A DNA stretch of 64,000 nucleotides. Origin: Candidatus Latescibacterota bacterium. Lineage in GTDB: Bacteria > Latescibacterota > UBA2968 > GCA-2709665. The notes beneath the pieces are model-generated. The model did not search any database. It saw only the letters and a list, made by a program, of their open reading frames with translations, and was not told the origin of the DNA. How positions within the stretch are numbered: the first letter of the stretch is position 1; every line of letters starts with the position of its first letter. Shown here piece by piece: positions 53,197-59,723 of the stretch. Location of the stretch: NCBI GenBank assembly GCA_965203805.1, contig OZ241917.1:2336001-2400000 (forward strand), in the 5' to 3' direction. Position numbers and translations under genes: made by a program.

Positions 53197-53862
53197 ATGC
53201 GTATTCCGTTGATATTCCTGACGCTGGCTGTTTCCACAATTCAATCCTTAAACGCACAGCCGGCAGACGTCGCAAGTCATGTTACGGCGCTAAAAGGCGA
53301 GACGTTCTGGATCAAGATTGCTTTTGTGGAGGTAAATGACGGGATTCGCGGAGTTGATGCCGCAAACGTCCTGGAGAATGGCGAGGTTTCATACCGCGCA
53401 ACAATCGGCGGGTTTCGGCAGTCCCAATCCCAGTCGGCAGAGGATTTCGCCGAAGAAGCCCGGAATATCATTACGAGGGATGAACTTTCCGGGTGGAGCG
53501 TGCGGGTGATCCAGAGGGGCGCGAAGGTCAAAATCCGAAAAGCGGAGGCGAAGGATAAAGAGGTCTATATTGAACTGGATAAACTGTCAGGCGCGCGCCA
53601 TGCCGTCCGCCTCAAAGTCAATAGAGACAACTACACGATTGCCGAGGTTGAACGCCTCTTCAACGTCGCATTCGCGGCAAGCGAAGCGGAATTGGCAGGT
53701 CCGGAAGAAACCGTTCTGCTTAAACTGAACATGACCGTTGAAGAAGTGATCGCACGAAAAGGCAATCCCGGGACCCGCGTTGATCTCGGCGACAAGACCG
53801 TTCTCGCTTACGACGACGTGAAGTTGATTTTCGAGGACGGAAAGCTGGTGGACGCGGAGTAG
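53197..53862 (+). CDS. Exported hypothetical protein
   Basis: GGAGG RBS, signal peptide, C-terminal MTVEEV...GNP...LIFEDGKL (SmpA/BamE-like pattern). Confidence 0.7.
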   Translation: MRIPLIFLTLAVSTIQSLNAQPADVASHVTALKGETFWIKIAFVEVNDGIRGVDAANVLENGEVSYRATIGGFRQSQSQSAEDFAEEARNIITRDELSGWSVRVIQRGAKVKIRKAEAKDKEVYIELDKLSGARHAVRLKVNRDNYTIAEVERLFNVAFAASEAELAGPEETVLLKLNMTVEEVIARKGNPGTRVDLGDKTVLAYDDVKLIFEDGKLVDAE

Positions 53863-53889
53863 GGCGACCGGCCGGTCGCCCTACTCCGC
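53854..53889. repeat. Perfect 36-bp palindrome with GTAG-REP-like core
   Basis: GCGGAGTAGGGCGACCGGCCGGTCGCCCTACTCCGC equals its own reverse complement. Confidence 0.85.
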
Positions 53890-54010
53890 TAAAACGGGGC
53901 TACGAATTCGTTGGCTGGCGCGCGCCGAATCTCTCGCGGGGTCTCGTACTGTACGATACGTCCACCTTGCAGCACCGCGATCCGGTCCACGACCGCATTC
54001 GCATCACGGA
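53889..54010 (-). pseudogene. Fragment of an ABC transporter ATP-binding subunit (post H-loop region)
   Basis: DANAVVDRIAVLQGGRIVQYETPREIRRAPANEFVA.F; no Walker motifs upstream. Confidence 0.65.
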
Positions 54011-54216
54011 CGTCGGTACGTGATGTTGTCAAGGAAGAGGTACATTGAATTTCCGGTCGGTCGAGCGTGCTTCTCACGCGACAACGTCGATTGACTTGAC
54101 CCGAAAAACTGGTATCCTGAGAGAATTGGTTGACATCGCGAATCGAATGGCGACACGGCGGCACTGCAGGTCGTTTCTGTGCCGAAGGCACGTGGATAGT
54201 TGAAAAGGAGATTTTC

Positions 54217-54417
54217 ATGCTCAACACGGCATTGGGGATCGTGAAAGATGGCAGAATCGAGACGTTGGAACGCATCTCGTTGCCCGAAGGAAAGAGGGTG
54301 CTGGTGACGATCTTGCCCGATGACGATAGTTTCTGGCAGGAAGCCAGCCGGGAAACGCTGAAGCAAATCTGGGACAATAATGAGGACGATGTATATGTCC
54401 GATTACTTGACAAATGA
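54217..54417 (+). CDS. Small antitoxin-like protein (DUF104/AbrB-like N-terminus, WDN.EDD.Y tail)
   Basis: AAGGAG RBS; overlaps the downstream MazF-like ORF. Confidence 0.7.
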   Translation: MLNTALGIVKDGRIETLERISLPEGKRVLVTILPDDDSFWQEASRETLKQIWDNNEDDVYVRLLDK

Positions 54418-54565
54418 TATCGTTCTCGTCCGATTTCCGTTTTCCGACTTGCAGATGTCCAAAGTGCGCCCGGCCATTATTGTGAGCGGGCTCCATATTT
54501 CCCAGGATGTCTTTATTGTCCCGCTAACCAGCAGAATGACAAACCTTCTACCCGCCACGATCTGA
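54395..54565 (+). pseudogene. 3'-truncated PemK/MazF toxin
   Basis: DIVLVRFPFSDL...KVRPAIIVS...IVPLTS then stops at 56 aa, about half the normal length. Confidence 0.75.
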
Positions 54566-54727
54566 TCGGACGCGATCTCACGCCGGAGATCCCCCGGCGT
54601 CAGCACTGGAAGCCCGCGCTTTCCTTTTTGTTTCTGACTCTTTTCGCCATTCCGATTCAATCACTGTTCTAATGAACGATTCTCGCCGGGCTGCCGCCTT
54701 TGATGGCGAGATTGTGTGCCAGTTAAT

Positions 54728-55492
54728 TTACCTCTCGTACAGAGTCTCAATTGGCCGATAGTCACTGGAAACCGGAAGCCGGCGTTCGATCACTTCTCCA
54801 TGCTCGACGTGAAGGGAATACGCTCCCGCCCCGGGACTGGCGGCGATGATCCTGTACCCGTCGGATGTAAACGCGACCGCGCAGTCGTTGTCGATGGCCA
54901 GGCCGTTCCCGCGCTTCCGTTTCATCATCTCATGGAAGTCCCGCCTTCTAGGGACGCCGGCGGTGTCTCCGTTGTAGTGAGGACACGCCAGACCTCTCAA
55001 CAACCCCATCCCGGTGACGGCTATGTAGCGCCAGTCGTCAGGCCTGTAGAACGACATCGAATCGCTGTGGCCCCGCTCAAACCAGCAGATCGCGCCCGCG
55101 CTCACGCCGCACAGCACCGCTCCCCCGGCGTACGCGGACCTGATCAGGGCATCGACCCCCAGCCGACGCCACCGGCGCATCATCTTCAGCGTGTTACCGC
55201 CCCCGGCGTAGATGATGTCCGCGCGTTCGATCTTCTCCGCAATCGCCTCGCGCGAAGGCGCAGCACCCAGAAGGTAGAGCACATCGGTGTCACAGCCGTA
55301 GTTCTCACGATACGCCCGGTCGAACCCTTCCCAATACGACACCGAGTCGCTGCTGGCCGTGGGAATGAACAGCGCGTTCGGACGCGACACGCCGGACAGC
55401 GCGATGATCTCGACGTCTATGGGGCGGGTTGCCAATGTTTCGAGGTCCCCTCCCCCTATCGCAACGATGCTGCCCATGCCGCTAACCTCCAC
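54728..55492 (-). CDS. Peptidase E (S51)
   Basis: IVAIGGG, FIPTAS, GGGNT, GVSAGAICW, CPHY. Confidence 0.88.
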   Translation of the reverse strand: MEVSGMGSIVAIGGGDLETLATRPIDVEIIALSGVSRPNALFIPTASSDSVSYWEGFDRAYRENYGCDTDVLYLLGAAPSREAIAEKIERADIIYAGGGNTLKMMRRWRRLGVDALIRSAYAGGAVLCGVSAGAICWFERGHSDSMSFYRPDDWRYIAVTGMGLLRGLACPHYNGDTAGVPRRRDFHEMMKRKRGNGLAIDNDCAVAFTSDGYRIIAASPGAGAYSLHVEHGEVIERRLPVSSDYRPIETLYER

Positions 55493-55732
55493 CGTCCACG
55501 ACGAACGGGCGCCGAGAGCGCCAGTCCGTCCGCTCCTTGTTCGCTCTGCCTTTGGCGACCCGGACAGTCTCGCGCGGCGTACGGTACCATCGGGGTGACA
55601 GACAAGCGTACAAATTCAGCCAACCCATTTGACGCCATGACACTTAAGGACGTGTGGTGAGAGAACCAGTTGACAACGCGAATCAAAACTGGTAGTTATA
55701 TTGCAGACAATACAACGACACGGAGGCTTCCG

Positions 55733-55987
55733 GTGAAAACCGCTCTCGTTCAAATCGGTAATTCGCGCGGCATCCGCATCCCCAAGGCGTTCCTGGAACA
55801 GTGTCACCTTCAGGACGTCGTGGAACTCGAACACCACGGCGACCATTTGATTATTCGCCCACCGACCCAACCTCGGTGCGGATGGGACGACGCCTTTCGC
55901 AACATGGGCAAACACCAGGACGACACACTAGTCGACGACCAGTCTCAGCCAGCTACCGAGTGGGACAACACGGAGTGGGAATGGTAG
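55733..55987 (+). CDS. mazE: AbrB/MazE family antitoxin
   Basis: GGAGG RBS, GTG start, IGNSRGIRIPK, acidic EWEW tail. Confidence 0.88.
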   Translation: MKTALVQIGNSRGIRIPKAFLEQCHLQDVVELEHHGDHLIIRPPTQPRCGWDDAFRNMGKHQDDTLVDDQSQPATEWDNTEWEW

Positions 55988-56304
55988 TTGCGCGTTTCGA
56001 CGTCTACCTGGTGCGGCTCGATCCTACACAAGGGCGCGAGATTCAAAAAACGCGCCCTTGTGTCGTAATATCGCCGGATGAGATGAACCGGCACATAGAA
56101 ACCGTCATCGTTGCCCCGATGACTACAAAAGGTCGCACTTATCCCACCCGCGTCCCCTTGCGTTTTCAGAGAAAAGTCGGACAGATCGTACTCGATCAGG
56201 TACGCACCGTTGACAAATCACGCCTGGTCCGTCGCCTTGGAAAGATTAGCGACAGGGCGGCGCTGCAGATCCTTTCTGTGCTGAAGGAGATGTTCGCGTC
56301 GTAG
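55981..56304 (+). CDS. mazF: PemK/MazF toxin
   Basis: LDPTQGREIQKTRPCVVISPDEMN, IVAPMT, DQVRTVDK.RL; overlaps the antitoxin stop. Confidence 0.92.
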   Translation: MVVARFDVYLVRLDPTQGREIQKTRPCVVISPDEMNRHIETVIVAPMTTKGRTYPTRVPLRFQRKVGQIVLDQVRTVDKSRLVRRLGKISDRAALQILSVLKEMFAS

Positions 56305-56469
56305 TTTTCCGCGTGCGAGGCCTTTAGATACGCAGGTTGCCGACACACACCCGGCGATCCGGAAAGGATGTATCACGACAATTCTGTCGCGTTGGTTTCC
56401 GGTGACGGCGCAAGTCCTCCTGCCAAGTGCGCCAACAAGCTCCCGAAGTCTACAGAAGGAGCGTACCTG

Positions 56470-56670
56470 ATGAAACCTTCGGTCCCATTTGAAAAACACC
56501 ATTTCGAATTCCTCAGCCATCCGGACCGCGCTCGCGCCTACCTCGAGGTCGCGCTGGAGGAATACGCCAGAGACAGGGATCGAACCGTCCTTCTGCTGGC
56601 TCTGAAGGACGTTGCGACGGCAAGGGGCGGGCCTGAAGCGCGTCGGACTTCTCTTACGCGGAATGGGTAG
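56470..56670 (+). pseudogene. Truncated addiction-module antidote protein
   Basis: AYLEVALEE...LLLALKDVATARGG; the HTH half that normally follows is missing. Confidence 0.65.
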
Positions 56671-56757
56671 TGACAAGGCGGTACCGTCCGGGAAAATGGG
56701 ACTGGGCATGCCGCCGTTCGGCGATTCCAATCCCTTGCGGCTGAAGGCGACTTTCAT
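56630..56757 (-). pseudogene. 5' fragment of an Nmad3-like (nucleotide modification associated domain 3) gene, copy 1
   Basis: MKVAFSRKGLESPNGGMPSPIFPDGTALSLPIP resembles the recalled SRKGFDS..GG.PSPI.PDG...SLPIP N-terminus; similarity ends after about 40 aa. Confidence 0.6.
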
Positions 56758-56878
56758 GGATTCCCTGCCTCCCTGGATTCATTTCGGTTGCAAAAACCCA
56801 CGGTTTGATTGGAAGTCAAATTAGGGGTAAACGTCAGGGGCTTGTAGAGCGTGAATAGGGGGAAGTTTATTCCCAAGC

Positions 56879-56928
56879 AAAAAATAACCCTTGTTCTGAT
56901 GAAAGTAAATTTCGACAGAACAAGGGCT
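56879..56928 (-). terminator. Rho-independent terminator of the RelE/HTH operon
   Basis: Minus strand AGCCCTTGTTCTG-N17-CAGAACAAGGGTT followed by ATTTTTT, about 30 nt after the HTH gene stop. Confidence 0.75.
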
Positions 56929-56960
56929 GTATATGTCGTAATGTGCTCTTGGCTATAAAT

Positions 56961-57599
56961 TTAAGTCACAGCCGACACGTTACCGTATGATTTTTGAGGC
57001 GCTACAACAATCGGTTCTTCTGTCTCAATAACTTCTGTATCATCCTCGACTGTATCAGTTGTAAGTTCATCGATAAAATCGACGATTTTTGCCATGTCTT
57101 TCTGATTTGGCGTTTGTCCCTGAAGATTATTGAAACTGTATAGGAAAAGTCGCAGGATATTATATAGGTAATCCTTATAGAAGGTATTCACTCCTGTATG
57201 AATAGCCTTATCTCCCTGTACCAGATCAGCTAGCTTATTAAGGTAGTCGCGAATTTCAAACACACGTTGCTTAATGGCATGTGTTGCCACAGTTTCTGTT
57301 GAATCTGTTTTGTCGGTATCCAGGATAATCGTAACGTTCATGCCCAGGGCACTTGCGTGTTTGAAAAGAAAAGGTACGCTTATTCGATGGTCAGTGCCAT
57401 CCTCCAATGCCGCAATTTCCTTTTTTGACATACCCATCTTCTTCGCCAATTGTCTTTGGGTCATGTCCTTAGAACACCGGAGCGCACATAGTGCGCTTAT
57501 GACGATTCGATCCGCTAAACGTCGCTCTAACCGGCGTACAGAAGTAGCGGAGAGATTGTCCTGTGCCATTTCTAACACCGAATTATACGGAGCGGCCAT
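56961..57599 (-). CDS. XRE-family HTH protein, probable antitoxin with C-terminal extension
   Basis: LRCSKDMTQRQLAKKMGMSKKEIAALEDG; overlaps the upstream toxin-like gene. Confidence 0.8.
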   Translation of the reverse strand: MAAPYNSVLEMAQDNLSATSVRRLERRLADRIVISALCALRCSKDMTQRQLAKKMGMSKKEIAALEDGTDHRISVPFLFKHASALGMNVTIILDTDKTDSTETVATHAIKQRVFEIRDYLNKLADLVQGDKAIHTGVNTFYKDYLYNILRLFLYSFNNLQGQTPNQKDMAKIVDFIDELTTDTVEDDTEVIETEEPIVVAPQKSYGNVSAVT

Positions 57600-57957
57600 T
57601 CGGTTTCTCCATTTCTAGTTTATGAATATAATCATGTCCCCAAAGGATATCGTGTTTTTGGGACTTTTTAAACCCAATGGCGATCAAATGAATCATAGAA
57701 GTCTCTAATTCCAAATAAAAGTATAATCGCGCTTCCGGCAATTTAAACGGCGCACCTCGTTGATCTACCGCGTAGAGTCCGTGACCCTCATTACGTACCT
57801 TTCCAAGCCGTACGATATTTTGAGGTCTATCAGAAATCTGTAAGGTCTCTTGCACGGTCGCTAGATTCTCAAGAAGTGCCTCCAAAGTGGCGCCATGTTT
57901 CTTACCGAATCTCTTCAATTGCCGCTGAAATTTATCCGAATGAAGAAACTCCCACAT
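57583..57957 (-). CDS. RelE/HigB-like toxin
   Basis: 124 aa; KFQRQLKRF, GLYAV, ARLYFY, IHLIAIG.K.SQ..DI; toxin-before-HTH order. Confidence 0.7.
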   Translation of the reverse strand: MWEFLHSDKFQRQLKRFGKKHGATLEALLENLATVQETLQISDRPQNIVRLGKVRNEGHGLYAVDQRGAPFKLPEARLYFYLELETSMIHLIAIGFKKSQKHDILWGHDYIHKLEMEKPNGRSV

Positions 57958-58004
57958 ACACAGAGACCCGACAATAGTCGAAATGTTCCCTTATATTGGA
58001 GTCG

Positions 58005-58033
58005 ATTATATATGGGCAAATCTCACTTGTCAA
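58005..58033 (-). promoter_or_regulatory. Consensus sigma-70 promoter for the toxin/HTH operon
   Basis: Minus strand TTGACA (58033-58028), 17 nt, TATAAT (58010-58005); adjacent inverted repeat AGTCCAA-N12-TTGGACT (58033-58058). Confidence 0.75.
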
Positions 58034-58203
58034 GTCCAAATTACGACATTGTTGGACTAATGTTCCGACAATTTAGAATATAACCAGTTTGCCATCTAAA
58101 TACAACATCACGATGTATCCTCTCCAAAGGTCCCCGTCCCGTCTCCGGTTATTCTTGTAACACGCCTCCGCCAGATACAGTTCTATCCACTCATTACTAT
58201 ATC

Positions 58204-58302
58204 GAATCCAGTCGGAAGCCGGCATCCGCAGGCACGAACAGACCTGCCCGTCCATCATCCGTTTTTCTGACTGACCACTGACACTGATCACCGACCACTG
58301 CT
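58204..58302. repeat. 99-bp duplicate of the CRISPR array flank (paralogue of 62962-63060)
   Basis: Ungapped manual alignment gives 83/99 identity; both copies abut a degenerate repeat. Confidence 0.9.
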
Positions 58303-58350
58303 GCTTCACTCCTTGTCCTGATGGAAGATTCCCAGCGTGCCGATCAAGCC

Positions 58351-58527
58351 TCAGTCAGTATCCTGATCGGCGAAACGGCGGTCCATCTCAGCCCAGTGAG
58401 CGAGCTGCTCGGGGGTGGGGACGGGCATACCGGCCTTGCGGTAGTCTTCCGGCGAGTAGGGCGTCCCGTCCGGATGCCAGCACTGGAAAGCGGCGGGCTG
58501 CTGGCGATTTCGGATATCTTTCGGCAT
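58351..58527 (-). CDS. Repeat-associated small protein, paralogue 1 (58 aa; absent from the ORF track)
   Basis: MPKDIRNRQQPAAFQCWHPDGTPYSPEDYRKAGMPVPTPEQLAHWAEMDRRFADQDTD; ATG 5 nt after the repeat. Confidence 0.78.
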   Translation of the reverse strand: MPKDIRNRQQPAAFQCWHPDGTPYSPEDYRKAGMPVPTPEQLAHWAEMDRRFADQDTD

Positions 58528-58655
58528 AAGCAGTTCTAATCCTTTCTCTGATGGAAGATTCTCGCCGGGAATGACGGCAGAATCCAGCAGCGGGGAGGGA
58601 GATCCTTCCAGGTGACCAAATTCTATGAGGTGGAGCTGATGTATCCGACACGGGA

Positions 58656-58841
58656 TTAACCGAAGTAACGGGCCTTGATCTCCGCGATCGTCCGATCCAT
58701 CCGGTCCCGGTGAGCCCGGTGCTCAGGCGTCGGGACGGGCATCCCCGCCTTGCGATAGTCCGCATCGGAATAGGGGGTTCCATCCGGATGCCAGACTTCA
58801 AAGATCTTCGGACCTTCTCGATTTTGGAAATCCTGTGGCAT
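58656..58841 (-). CDS. Repeat-associated small protein, paralogue 2 (61 aa)
   Basis: MPQDFQNREGPKIFEVWHPDGTPYSDADYRKAGMPVPTPEHRAHRDRMDR...; ATG 5 nt after the repeat. Confidence 0.78.
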   Translation of the reverse strand: MPQDFQNREGPKIFEVWHPDGTPYSDADYRKAGMPVPTPEHRAHRDRMDRTIAEIKARYFG

Positions 58842-58910
58842 AAGCAGTTTCAATCCTTTCTGTGATGGAAGTTTCTCACCGCGTATTTTCTCGTGGAGCT
58901 TGATTGAGGA

Positions 58911-59084
58911 CTAGCGGTCTTCGCTGGCGCGTTCATGGTCCTGTTCAGCCCACAAGGCCATTTGCTCAGGGATGGGGACGGGGAGGCCGATACGGCGGTA
59001 GTCTTCCGGGGTGGCCGGTGTGCCGTATGGACGCCAGACGCGCCACGGGCCGCCGGTTTGTTTGTTGTGCTTTGGTGTGGTCAT
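58911..59084 (-). CDS. Repeat-associated small protein, paralogue 3 (57 aa)
   Basis: MTTPKHNKQTGGPWRVWRPYGTPATPEDYRRIGLPVPIPEQMALWAEQD...; ATG 4 nt after the repeat. Confidence 0.75.
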   Translation of the reverse strand: MTTPKHNKQTGGPWRVWRPYGTPATPEDYRRIGLPVPIPEQMALWAEQDHERASEDR

Positions 59085-59149
59085 ATCGGTTTCAGTCCTT
59101 GTTTTGATGGAAGATTCTCGCCGGGAATTCACTCGGCATTGCTACGTCT

Positions 59150-59485
59150 TCAGTTGGAAGCCCTGGGTACGGGCGTGGCGACGGGCTTGTCCGTCCGGTA
59201 GTACTGGCTTCGACGTCCTACGATATGGGCCCTGCCCTGTTCGACGGCATCAAGGTCGAAATTGCCCGATCCATGGTCTCGGATAAACGACCGGGCCAGG
59301 ATGCGGCCGCGCGGTGACAATTTCAGGTGCCGGAACAACTCGTCGACCGTCGCGTCGCTGGCAAATTCGCCCCGCATCGTGTTAACGGCTACCGCCTGGA
59401 GCCGGGACAGGTACGCGACTTCGTCCATGTGTTTACGGACGCCGTATTTGCCCTTCCTCGGCTTATCTATGACGAATCTGGGCAT
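59150..59485 (-). CDS. Hypothetical basic protein (111 aa) in the fourth inter-repeat gap
   Basis: ORF lies wholly between repeats, same strand as the paralogues; no recognised motif. Confidence 0.55.
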   Translation of the reverse strand: MPRFVIDKPRKGKYGVRKHMDEVAYLSRLQAVAVNTMRGEFASDATVDELFRHLKLSPRGRILARSFIRDHGSGNFDLDAVEQGRAHIVGRRSQYYRTDKPVATPVPRASN

Positions 59486-59723
59486 AGAGCGGACCCCAAT
59501 ATCGGGTTGCCTGTACGGCTGCGCTGCTGGTCTCTCCGGTCACACGGTCCCGGGTGTTTTCGAGGGAACGCTCGCCGCCAGGAAGCGAGCTCTCGTCAAA
59601 CCCCAGCTTATGATTGTTGTTTCAATCGTTGTACTGATGGAAGATTCTCGCCGGGCGTGGCGATACGGGCGGCTTTGGACATCAACCGGCGAAGCGAATG
59701 GGCTGTGAACCCGAGGCCGGTTG

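Larger units (their letters stand above)
58303..59655 (-). CRISPR. Degenerate CRISPR-like array of five repeats with gene-sized spacers
   Basis: Repeat copies at 58303-58339, 58533-58569, 58847-58883, 59089-59125 and 59619-59655 match the array consensus at 29, 30, 30, 32 and 32 of 37 positions, same orientation; gaps 193, 277, 205, 493 bp. Confidence 0.88.

Noticed and set aside
56218-56629. 3' part of the 179-aa minus-strand ORF
   Set aside because: Only the first ~40 aa are Nmad3-like; the rest is antisense read-through over the antidote relic and mazF.
58197-58298. 33-codon GTG ORF starting 4 nt after the repeat at 58303
   Set aside because: It fits the repeat-start pattern, but the paralogous copy has a stop at codon 8 and it does not resemble the microproteins.
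58073-58309. ORF MKQQWSVISVS... and its counterpart at 62738-63067 as a conserved protein
   Set aside because: Both start inside repeats; similarity is confined to the duplicated DNA, substitutions are mostly non-silent, and the frames cross junctions into unrelated sequence.
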